Shown here piece after piece: positions 13,677 through 26,028 of a DNA stretch of 64,000 bases. The stretch is taken from contig CP075495.1 in the NCBI GenBank assembly GCA_021613535.1, forward strand, positions 4,774,001 to 4,838,000, read 5' to 3'. Position numbers and translations under genes: made by a program. The stretch's first letter is position 1. The number at the start of each line of letters is the position of its first letter. The notes below the pieces were generated by a model, which did no database searches, was not told the origin of the DNA, and saw nothing but the letters and a program-made list of their open reading frames with translations. The stretch comes from Adineta vaga. Taxonomy: Eukaryota > Animalia > Rotifera.

Positions 13677-15015
13677 TTATTCAATTGGCTCACTTCTATT
13701 TGTTAGTAAAATGAATTCTGTTTGTCTATTACTTTGATTTAATGTTAGTGATTGTTGTTGATGTCCTCGTTTCTTAATAAAATTGAGACGAAATGATCGT
13801 TTGGGAAGAAATAATCTATAGAAATCCTTGCGAAAATCAATTGAACAGAAAAAATAAATAAAAAATCGAATTGTATGTGTTGTTGTTGATAGATTGGTGA
13901 AGAAAAGTGAGACGGTACGTCGTAAATCTGATCGTTTAATATATTGACGCAAGAATGAAAAGATAATTGTTGATGGAAATGTTAAAGTAAAATATGAGAT
14001 TGTTATAAAGATTAAAGAAATCGTTAGTTTTCGACTATGTCGATTCAATAATCGTGATGGACTATTTCGATTTGGACGTCTCAATGCAGACGAAGATAAA
14101 TGTTGTAATGCAAGAAAACTTTTTCGTCTATTCAAAGGTATTGTTGTTGTTGCTGTGGCAGCAAATAGAACTAAACGTTTGTGATTATCTAAACGTTTCT
14201 TACTGGCAAATATAATACGCATTAACATTGTATTAAATATAAATAAAATAAAACTTGGTACAACTGAATAGATAAATAAATGATAACGTTGATACCATGG
14301 CATATACTGAGGAAATTGAATGTTACCGTAACAGACTATATTTCCATTTGGTGAACGATAACCATTCATCCAGAGAATATGCGTATTTGACAGAAAAAAT
14401 GAGCATGTTAGAAATAAACAAATAGCGATCGTATATGGTCGTTTACAAATGAATTCGAAATGTGAGAGCTTTTTTATTAATAAATAACGATTAAATGAGC
14501 CGAATGCTAATACCCATGATGATGTTTGAAGAGTAGAGAAAGCTAAAAGATAGATTACAATATATATATATAGAAAAAAAAGAAAAGTTGTTATATTATT
14601 CTAGAATTTAATATATATATATCCTACCGATATAGGAGAGAAATCGACAAACAAATACTGAATATTCTTCGAGATTCATTTTCGTAATAACAGCATAATT
14701 TTGACTATTATTAGAATGGTTATGACCAGTATTACTATTGAATAAAGTAATTTTCAAATCAATATTAAATTCTCGAACGACATAATTTAAATTAAATGTA
14801 TAGAGAACAATGGTATCGAGAAAAGCTAAATAACCAAAAATAATTTTGATTGAATTTGAACGGTTTACTTTTTGAAAATAAATAACACAACAAAGAAGAT
14901 TACATGGTGTACCAACAAGAATAAGTAGAAGAGAATAGATTGCAAGTAGACGATCGGTTAATTGAATATCATAATTACGATTATGAATGGCAACAAAATT
15001 CGATGTGCCATTCAT
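13677..15015 (-). CDS. class A (rhodopsin-like) orphan GPCR, 2 exons
   Basis: TM1 GTPCN, TM2 LAFLD, CRFLSY, TM5 YSVVPS, TM6 LTFP, TM7 FFIYF plus helix 8 FRKDF. One GT-AG intron ~14543-14626. Confidence 0.85.
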
Positions 15016-18000
15016 GGCGAATATTTAACTGATTGTTCGAGAAAATGAGAAGGAAATACGAATGAATCTCATTGAGAATCTATTCTCTATTTCTGCTTGC
15101 TTTTTTTCTTTCTCTTCTCTTCCCTTCTTGTTTTTATATTCTTTTTCTTCTTTCTTCTGCCTATGATCATCAATTCTCTCTTATCTTCTTGTTCGTCTTT
15201 CCATAATGATACTATTTTGCTTTCTTTTTCTTGAGAAATATTCCGAATATGACTAAGAAAAGAAGTGAAAACAATCTAATTTTCTTAACAATACTCAGAT
15301 ACATCAACCTTTTCCATGATAGAGTTCATTTTCTTTCTCTTGTTACGTCTTATTTAATATTAAATTACGTGCATATATACGTATGTCTATCTTAAACTGA
15401 CAATATTTTGATTCTTAGAATAGAAAAGGAGAATTGTTATCAGTAATTTAAGCCCTGTGTCAATGCATGCTATGTAGCACAATCGATCTATCATTCATTT
15501 GATATGAGGCGTGATGCTGTGAAACACCATTGGAAAGTAATAATCGATTTTATTGTATGGGGATCTGATGATGACGATGACAAAGACATTGATCTACACG
15601 TATGTATTCGAACAAAACAAACTTTTCTCTCATAGAAAACAACAATAATAACCAAATGTATATGATCATCTTCATATCATCATCATCATCATCATCATTC
15701 TGTCATATTTATCAAATTCATCATCAGCATAACAAGACAGACTATTTCCTATTTCCATAATATAAATGTATCAAACCGAAATTCTTCATAATAACATGAA
15801 TACTTTCATTAAGTTCTATTAACAAAACTATTTGATTATATTCATATCACGATTAACCTATTATTCATTTCAATTTACATATAGTGCTCTTCTAATCTTG
15901 TTTTTCTTTCAATCAAGTCATATTTCATGAAAATATAAAAGATAATAATTGAATACATCATTAGAGGTCACATGATTATCGTGATTACTTATGTGTTTTT
16001 TTTTACTTTATACTATTTTCATCTTATATCATTCAATCATCAGACATAACAGTGATATTTTTAGTAAAATGTTATTATCAAACAGAGCATAAAATCGCTC
16101 ATTGTCACTAGTGTTGCTTTATACTATTCTTCTTCTTCTTCTCAAATATGATTATGTGGAAAAGCAAACTCTTTTTTCTCATTCTTTATAAATGCATTTT
16201 ACATTAGACACGGCTTCTTACATCCTTTAATATATATATATTTTCAAAGATGGAAAATGAAGAGAAAACAATTTTTTCAATTTGATAGATTCTTCGAGAA
16301 AGAAAAAAAGATGTCTTTGATCTTTGTTTCTGGTTTTTCTTTTCATTTTACTGTCCTTGAGATAGCCAAATGAATAAATAGATTTTGTAGGAGGAGAGGA
16401 ATCAACAACATGTCTGTTATTATCACATTTGTATAACGCCAAAAAGAAATTCAATCACTTACAATTATCAAACGTTCCGGATGTTGTCGATCGAAACAAG
16501 CTAACTTTCGACTTCCGTTATTCTATTTGTTTGTACTTTCAACAAGTTTTCCTGATGCTATCAAGAAACTAGAACACGTTAAAATGAACAATTAAAACAA
16601 ATTTATATATTCTTATTGAATAACAAATCTTTTTTATAATGAAAAGAAACAAATGCGAAACATGCCTCTTGTTTCCAACGAATTCAGTAATTATTCATTG
16701 ACGAGTACTAACGGAAATAGAGTGAAGATTAGATTTCTATGCATAGTTGACAATGATATTCATTTGAACATATGTCAGGCGAAGAAAATAAATCACTGTG
16801 AAGTACTTTGTTTTTTTTTCTTCAATTTTCCGGTGCAAAAGCAAACTTGAACAAGTTTGCGACGGAGAAAAACATTCTACTAACAATCCATCTTTTTATC
16901 TTCATATAACATTGATTAATGATAGGATATACTGGTTTCTGAAAGGAATCAACTTTGATAATAAATATATATATATATGTGTGTATATAGATTGTCGATA
17001 GAATCACTTGTCTTCTATATTGAACTGATTACAGACGAATGATTCAAATAACTAGGTAGCAATAAACAATTAGTGTAATTCGGAAATTGAAATTATTTAT
17101 GCTTGTTCTAAAATTTTCAAGATGATTCATTCTGAATAATGATCGACCTTTTGTCAAGTCTATAGTAATGAAAATGATTCGAGTACAAGGTGAAAATCAC
17201 ATATCAATGAATAAAGAGAGATTTGTTTAAAAAGTTCTTCTTTTTCAATATAAATATTAAATATGAAAGGAAGATTAGTTGTTGATGATAATTTTTCATC
17301 TCATCCATCGTTACTTCAGGTCATTCGCTGACAGTGTAGATTAGGAAAGATTAGTATGAATATTCATACTATCAAACCTCATTAGAATTACTTTCGATCA
17401 CACTATTGATAGAAATATTTTCAGTAACTTGGAATAAAGATTTAAGATATGTATGGAAAAGTTACTTCATGGAGATAATTAAAATATGTAATATTTTAAT
17501 CTAAGCTGACAATTCAATGGGCAGGAGTCTGTAAAAGTCTATTTTCAATGAACAAAACCAAATTCTAATTGGTTTATTTCTGTATCATATTTTCATTAGT
17601 CATAAAGTAGAGTTCTTCTCGCTAGCATGTATTGACTGAACTCTATTGAACGAATCGATCCTAGAAATGACTTTATTGACAAAAATATTGTCTATAGGAT
17701 ATTATTGAATTACACCGGCGCGACAATTTTTCTCTCGTCAAGTTTTGTTCATTACTTATTCTTCAGTTCTTTCGGATCTTTTCCCTATCTTATACGTCTA
17801 ATTGATAAAAACTTTATCGCTTTCAACATCAGTTGTTCGTGCTAGAACAAAGCAAATCCTAACTCCTACTGATGCTCGACCGATCTAATCGCATGAATTC
17901 GCTTTCCGGTTGATAAAAACTTTATTTTGTCACTCTAACATATGAATAAAAGCATGCATATATTAAATTTCGATCATATATTTTTTTTTCAATACAAAAA

Positions 18001-19257
18001 TCAAACGAAAATAGTCTCTCTCCGGATCGAACTATATTGTATTTTTATTTTCATTGAAAATTGATCATTGAATTACTTTGAATAAAACATATAGTAGAAT
18101 GATACATGTCAATCTTATAGCTTAATAGAAACATTATAATAGATAAAAATGAAATATGAGATTTGCCAATTGAAATCTAGCATTACAAGTACAATTGAAT
18201 AAATGCCATTATCGAGAAGTTATTGACGTCGTCAACATTGATATTGTCTTACAAACATTTGTAGATATCATTTTCTGGATTCTATTAATGTACACTTCTA
18301 CGAAAGTTCGTCATATCATCAATGTTGCTCTTGTAAACATCGAACAATTTTCTTCAAATTATTAAGATGATCGATGACTGAAAAGAAAGAAGAAAATACT
18401 TGTCATTTTTGTAGACGACTTTTTTCAGACATTATTTTATTGAATAAAAAATACAGAATTATATAAGAACCTTACAAATATGAATACACTTTTCCATCAA
18501 TTTAAACTATAGACATTATTATCTACTTGATAAATTAAGTTAATCGGATAAAAGTTTAATTTAAGACACAATTCGTTTATACAATGGATTATAAATCTCG
18601 GAATGACATAAAGACAATAAGAAGAAATTATCACCTTAACTTCTTATAACTTACTGACAACTTCAATCATGTGATAATATTCGGGATGGTGTCTCTACAT
18701 GTTTATAGTATCAGATCGAGCCTATCATCGATATTATTCGAATATATCTTCAAGGCAAAATGGAAACATCTTAGATAATTTAGATTAGATTCATCATATC
18801 AAATAACATCCCTGATTTTTGATTTTCTCGGTGACATTTTTTTGCTTATCATTTCCAATAATAACTACAATTTTCTATCCTAAATTTTACTATCATACAG
18901 TCTTCTAATTCAGAATACCTGACTTGTATACATTTATTTGATGATTGTTCTTATTTTCAATAGTGAACATCCGTTTTCTTGTTATTTTACTTTACATTAT
19001 ATTTGATGCGAAGTGATCATTCGATCAGTCAAAAAACAAACGACAATCACGTATACATATAAAATAGCACTACAATGTATCTAATAGAAAAACATTAGTA
19101 TGAATTCCGTTCATTTCAAAACAAAAACCTATATAATGGAATAGAAAAGAAAAAGACAAAAGTCGAGATAAAAAACATTGAGTATTATAAAAAAAAAAGA
19201 AGAAAAGTTGAATATTTAAAAAAAAATGGAATGTATTTGTTCATAATATGAATTAAT

Positions 19258-20156
19258 TTACAATTCAGATTGGGGACGACGATTACGTCCTGAGGTTAAT
19301 TGCATATGAGATCCATTTGATGGCGAATGACGAAATTCATCATTCAAATGTTTATCATCAATATCACCCGTAAAAGGTTCACGAAGAAAATTTACTTCAG
19401 CACCAAATAATGCACCTAAATGAGAAAAACAAATTCATCGTTAATCTTCAATTTCGATTACAACTTACATGCAGTTAATGCAAGAACAAGTGCGGCAAAT
19501 TCAAACCAGTAACTATATGATAAATAATTAAATTCTGGTCTTGGCATCCAAAGACGATCTTGACTATAGATACCATAGATAATAATTGCAATCAATTCGA
19601 AAGCAACTAAGAAAGAAAATTCAAAGAATATCTTTATAAAGAAATTTAAATCTTACAAATAACAAATGATATAATACACCAAAATAATTGATATTTCCAT
19701 TGCCAACGGAATGCTGAGAAAACTGCAATAGCTAAACTTGAAATTGTTGCTATTGTAAAAATGAATGCCAGTGTAGCGAATGCTTGAACCCATTTAAACC
19801 AAGCTAGAAAGCAAAAAAACAATAAATGTCTCTTTATTTTGTCCTCATCAAATTTATTACGTTCTTGAAAACTTACGTGGAATAATCCAATCCCGAAAAC
19901 GATACATTTCATTCGTCCAAAACCAAAAACAGCCTGTATAAGGAATTTGTAAATCATCTTTATAATGACGATATTTATATAAACATAATTCCCATAATCC
20001 AATATTTTGAAAATCTTTTGGTGTATCAAGATAACGTTTTGTCCAATATGGAGAAGCAAATGCTGTTAAACAACATAACGTACTTAAAAACATCACAACA
20101 GATCCAACAAAAAAATATGTTGAATAATCTGCTTTGCCAAAACGTATGAATCCCAT
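19258..20156 (-). CDS. claudin/PMP22-family tetraspan protein (invertebrate pickel/kune-kune-like)
   Basis: FASPYW..GLWELC..GC signature, WFKWVQAF, DRLWMPRPEFNYLSYSYW. Four exons with GT-AG introns. A possible extra 8-codon first exon (MRYVNFNK, 20220-20197) joins through a 40-nt intron. Confidence 0.85.
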
Positions 20157-20284
20157 CTAGAAATAATCAATATTATTTGATTACTATTGGCAATACCTTA
20201 TTGAAGTTAACGTATCGCATAAGTTAAAATTTTAAAAAATTCAACAAATTATGACTCATTTTTTCATAATGAAAAACAAGACGA

Positions 20285-20845
20285 TTATTTTTTTCCTCCA
20301 CCTCGTCGATGAACTGTCGTCCAACCGTCTTCATCCACATCCATTGCTTGAGATTTGGATTCATTACTTTCTGACTCTTCTCTCATATCATTGTCATTAT
20401 GATTATCATTATCATCATCATCATCATCACTTTCTGATGATGAACCATCTTCTGTTTGATTTCGAACAGACATTTGTACTGCTGGTACAGTTGCCTGCTG
20501 TACTTGCAATTCATGTTGAACATCAGCTAATTTACCCTGATGAATTAATTGGATGTAACGAACAAATAATTGTGCTAATTCAGTACTTGATCCATCATCT
20601 AAGACAGTATTAAATTCTTCATCAAGAACTTCATCAAGATATTCTTGTACATCTTGTTCCATCGAAGATATCGATAATGTTGGTCGAACATTTCGTATAA
20701 GATGTCGACAGAATGCTTCGATAAATGCTTCATATTTTGCTTCACTATTGGATCCACCCATGCAATGATTCACTGCTAATTGTAATGCTGTCCATCGAGA
20801 GAAAACTGATCGAATAATAGGTAATAATGTTGAATATGAGGACAT
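20285..20845 (-). CDS. TSR2: pre-rRNA-processing protein TSR2, intronless
   Basis: WTALQLAV..MGG, EEFNTVLDDGS, acidic tail and terminal DEDGWTTV. Confidence 0.9.
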   Translation of the reverse strand: MSSYSTLLPIIRSVFSRWTALQLAVNHCMGGSNSEAKYEAFIEAFCRHLIRNVRPTLSISSMEQDVQEYLDEVLDEEFNTVLDDGSSTELAQLFVRYIQLIHQGKLADVQHELQVQQATVPAVQMSVRNQTEDGSSSESDDDDDDNDNHNDNDMREESESNESKSQAMDVDEDGWTTVHRRGGGKK

Positions 20846-21122
20846 CTTATCTTATTTTATAACTTTTATCAATAAAATGCGTCAAAAAAAAAGAATTTCA
20901 TCCTTGACATTCGCCATCTTTAAATCAATGTTCTTTCACCTCTATTCTGATTTAATGAGCGCTACAAGACATATCATTTATGAACAGAATTCTAATGGAT
21001 TGGATTAAAAACCGACCATCAATGGAATTGATTTATCAGGAACAGGAATGTCGTAGCAGCTGATCATGATGCTCTTGTTTTTCTTTTTTTCTCTTTGATA
21101 CATACTAATTCATTGTCAAACA
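20846..21122. promoter_or_regulatory. putative bidirectional promoter between TSR2 and TMEM50
   Basis: Divergent ATGs are only 277 bp apart. Confidence 0.5.
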
Positions 21123-21827
21123 ATGTTTGATTGCGGGAATTGCTGTCAAAATTTAGAATTACGGGAACGTTTCAATCGAAATACTATCGCTTCGATTTTA
21201 GCTGGTGTCATTGTAAATAAAAAATTTCGTCGTCGACAAAATGTTTAGTTCTTAATTTTCATATGTTTTAGTTTGCTATTGGTTGGTGGATCATCATTGA
21301 TACTACATGTCAATTTCCTACACAAGCTGATTTTAATAAAGTCTATTATATTATTGGATCAGTTGGTACATTAGCATTGATTTTGTAAGTTAAAATCAAT
21401 TGAAGGAAGTAACCTTGATAATTATTTGTTTTTTTTTTCTCTCGAATAGAGTCAATTCAGTATCGAATTCACAAGTTCGCGGTGAAGGTTATAGTGATGG
21501 TTGTATTGGACAAGTTGGTAAGTGATTTATTTGAGATGATTTGTGATACGATTGTTTATTCATAGGTGCAAGAATTATTCTTTTCATCGCTTTTCTTCTT
21601 GCTTTTGGATCATTAATTGGTGGTGCTTGGGTTTTATTTGGTTATTATATTCCATATAAAAGCGAAAAAATATATCCAGGCGTAGCTATCTTCTGTCAGA
21701 ATCTTGCTATTTTCATCAGGTTCGTGTCTATTTTAATAAAAACTTTTTTTTATTAATTTCCGTTTGTTTGTTTTTCTTTAGTACGGTAATTCTGAAATTT
21801 GGTCGTAAAGAAGATCTTAGCTATTAA
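21123..21827 (+). CDS. TMEM50: transmembrane protein 50 (UPF0220/Vps68 family), 5 exons
   Basis: Spliced product [81 protein letters not shown]. Not in the ORF track. Confidence 0.92.
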
Positions 21828-24800
21828 TTGAATAACGAACAAAACAAAATAAAATCATGATGAACTTCTATTGTAATTAGTTTTTTTTTAAATATATTTT
21901 GATGTTGTTTCCTTTCAAACAAACATATTTATTTATAGATAAATATCTATTTGTTTGTGCAAACATTTTCTTTCTCTTTATCTTTGTTTGTTTGTGTATT
22001 CATATATATATCTATCTATCTATCTATCCATATTGTTGTTTTTTTTCTAAAATGCTCTCGTTTTATATAAAACTATCGATTGATTAATAAAAAAAGAAGA
22101 CGAAAGAACAAGATAATAAATATTAATTAAAGAATTGATGAGATGATTGATACAATTATTGGTTTTGTCTCATACAAAAGCACTTTGTTGTTACGTATCA
22201 CTGAACTTTATTTTAATGTCATTGGGGAAATCAGAATCGGTCAGTATGAATTCATACATATATTTTCATGTATATGTTTATTAAAAGACTTTCAATTCTT
22301 CTATTCAAGAAGAGCAATTGAAGTAGGAACATTATGAATATATATATCTACAGTGTAGAATCGAAAATTAGGTATATACATCAATAATTTTGAAACATAT
22401 GTCGTATACAACAGCGCACTCGCTAATTTGTCACAAGGGGATCAGAATTCTTTGTATATTTGTCTTCTATTCTTCTTTTTTCGTCTTCTTCTTATTGTTT
22501 TTTATTACTGATGCGAAGTCGGTATTGATATAGACACCCATGTGAGAGAGTCGATGCTAAAATTGATTATTTGACGTATACTCACACATATATATATTTT
22601 GTTCTATCGCCATTCAGTCCACTTATGTTCTTTCTCTTTCACTCGTTTTTAGCAAAATGAATCTCTTCAATTGTAGTCAAATGTATGCCACCCCGTCACT
22701 CAATTAATGTGTTAACAAGAATGATGAAGAAGAAGAAGAAGAAGAAGAGAAAGAAGATGTATGCAAGATTTCTTGATAGAATGTGCGTGTGTGTACAAAT
22801 CAATCAAATCGTTTGAATAAGTAACCCGCAGCATTATTAACAACGACTACTTTCACACTATCCGATTAGTAGTGATATCAGAATTGTCAATAAATGAAAG
22901 TACGCAAATTCAGTTGTCGACAGTAATTTATTTAATACTTTCTTTCCTTCGTTAGATATTCTATATGTATTCATTCATGAGAGAAAACAGACTTCAAGAT
23001 GATGACAACTTCATTGCTTTGATTGATTCTTATTGTCATTGACATCATATTTTTGAGTGAATTTTTCTGATGAACTATTAAGAAAGAAAGCAGTTGACAA
23101 ATCAAGGCTATATGTTCTTCGAGTTTTGTTGGTAGTTTCAAGTAGTATAAAGATGAATGAATGAACATACTTATATTTCCGTCCATTCGTTGATAATTAT
23201 TAACATCACTGAAAAAAACCCAGAAAAACGAGAGAAAAAAATTGAAGATCTGGGTCATTATAGAGATCTTATGTATATCTATGAATGAATGAATAGATAA
23301 ATAAATAAATAAATGAACGAACGCTTCGTTCTCAGGAGGTTTCGTCTCGCCGAAATAATATGATCATTGAAGGAGAAAACTGAATATTCTATTGACAATC
23401 AATATCAATCATCATTCTATTAGGGTTTTTTAACAAAAGAACATGTTTGATGTTGATCTTGTCGTATTTTTAGATATTTCCGAAGGTGGCTATTTTAATA
23501 CTATAAGAAAAATCAGGTCTTGCCGCAAGCATACATATTCATATATCTCTATATATAAATAGGTTTTTCCTTCGTTTCATTCTGACGTTTTCCTATATGA
23601 TAATATTTCAAAAAGAGTATCATCCTTAGATTTTTCTACTCTTTCCCGATCGTTTGCGGTATTTTGACAGGAAAAAGGTTGCACCGGATGTCGGTATCAG
23701 TCGGCTTTAATTGGACTATGTGTATGAATATGCTTTCCCTTTCTTTTCTTTTCTTTTAAATATAAATCGTCTTATCTCGACTAAATCCTTTTTAATAAAG
23801 TTCTTTTATCAAGAATATATATGTGCATAGACGTAGATAAAATTTGCATGACCGATATTTTGTCGCTTTGAAAATCTGATTTTTCTAATAAGTTATTTTT
23901 CTAAGATTACTTTTGTAAATATTTTCTTCTTTTTTTTCTATCGTTAATTTAAACGGAAATATGTAACTAAATATATTGATGAATTATGTGCTTGTATGTG
24001 AAAATATTTCAATGAGAATAATAATTCTGTTTTTCTTTCTTTTCTTTAGTTTTTCTACTTTTCCTTCTTTTTTTTTCTTCATTTAGCTAAGATCGACACA
24101 TTGATTTTCTATTCCACACTGTGTTCTGTTAACATTGCTCTCGTCGTTCTTCCGGGCATGAAAAACAGAAGAAAGAATAAATTTCTTTTCTCTCCTGCGT
24201 TTCTTTTTCTAGGAGTTTTTTTCATGATGTTCTAACAGCTACAGCGCATGCACGACTCGAAAAGATCTTTTCCTCTGTCTCTCCTTCTCTCCTTCTCTAT
24301 TCCATCGGCGCTCTCATCCTCACTACTGCTATAACTGACATTATTTTCAACCGCGGCAATGTGTAACCATCACTTATTTCTGAGCAAGAAAAAGACGAGT
24401 GTAAAATACTTGTATGTATCCCATCTATTAAATCTATCCTTTCCTTTTATTAAGAGAACAAAAAGAAATAGTAGATAAAGGCAAAGAAGATCTTTTTAGA
24501 TAAACCTATTACTATGAACTGAAAGAGAAACATTACTAATCATAAGATCAGTAAGTTATGTGTTAGAATCGCGAGTATACATGTCATGCACCTGGTATAT
24601 AGATTTATGGCATTAACTGTTTATTAAGAGTTAGTTCCGAAAAAAGAAGCTAACACTTTTCTATTCATATATGCGGAAAGACACATCTGTATATATATAT
24701 ATATCGATATATATGTAGACAAGAGAAGGATAAATACACGTTTTCTTTTTTTTTCTCGCTATTATACATCTGCATTTGTGGCATAAATATCAAGGGTATG

Positions 24801-26028
24801 CCATCGATCTCATTTAAATTTGAATTTATAATATAAAATGACAAAAACCGACAGGCAGTCGCATGATTATTGAGCTATGATCATCATTTCACAGGCTCAT
24901 CAGTCAATTATTCTTGCTGTTCGCGCATACACAGTAGGATGGAATCGCTTAGTATATATATATATACATATGAAAATGCTTTTGTGTGTGTATGTGTGTG
25001 TACAGACAGATAGACAATCCAAATAGATTTCTATGTTATGTTTATTTGTTTATTTGGATAACCCGAGACATTAAAAAAATGCTATAGATATGCTCGTTTT
25101 CTATGATCATCTTTCTTAGTTGTCATTTTCTCTTTTTGATCGACAAGAAATGATTAGTGAGAAAGTCTTGTCTATATTACAATAGCATCTAATTCTTGAT
25201 CGTTATGGAAGAAATGATTGTATTGATTGCCTTTAGTCGAAATCTCAGTCTATAATCAAAACAAATCATCGACTCATTATGAAGACTATTTTCAGAATAG
25301 ATTATGGAATAGGCGGGACGAGCAGATATATCTTAGTATGTGTAGTATTAGAGGGTAGCAAGCAATAGCAACATCGATCCATCAGTATGTTATCATAATA
25401 AACGAGCAGAAACTGAGAGTATGTAGACAGAAAGGAAGATGAAAGATCTGTAAATGATTTTAGTACAAGGACAAAGAATTGAGATGGACGTACAGTTCTC
25501 ATATATATATATATATAGATAGATAGATCCATAAATATCTTCTCATCATCGTGTGCATAGGAAAACTAACGATGATTGTATGTTCTGATAAATAGGATAT
25601 TTGGTTTTTGATCGAATACTTTGATTATTATTCTTAATAGGAAATTCTATTCGTTTTCATTTTCCTCATACATGCATAGAATTATCAACATAAGTCTGAT
25701 TTTAGACAGAGATAATGTGCAATTTTTTTTCCTCGATGTATATATGTATATATATATACATCTACGTATATACACCCAAGAGAATAAATAACGATTGTTG
25801 GTCTAGTATATAGTATTCTATGATATAATCAATGTGTTAATATTAAGAGAAAAGAACAAGTGCTTGTCATCATATTAATATATCTATTCTCCGTTACTGA
25901 TGTTTTTCATTTATTTCAGATGTTAACTGTACAGGAGAGATTGTATCTGTTATTCTCATTATGTTAATATTTAACAGTTGAAGAACAAAAAACAACTTAA
26001 TATAGAAGGCCTATACGTCCGATGTACG

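Noticed and set aside
17300-18400. Coding-like fragments and a 16-nt direct repeat (ttgataaaaactttat) upstream of the first GPCR
   Set aside because: No recognisable domain and multiple stops; too weak to call a retroelement or pseudogene.
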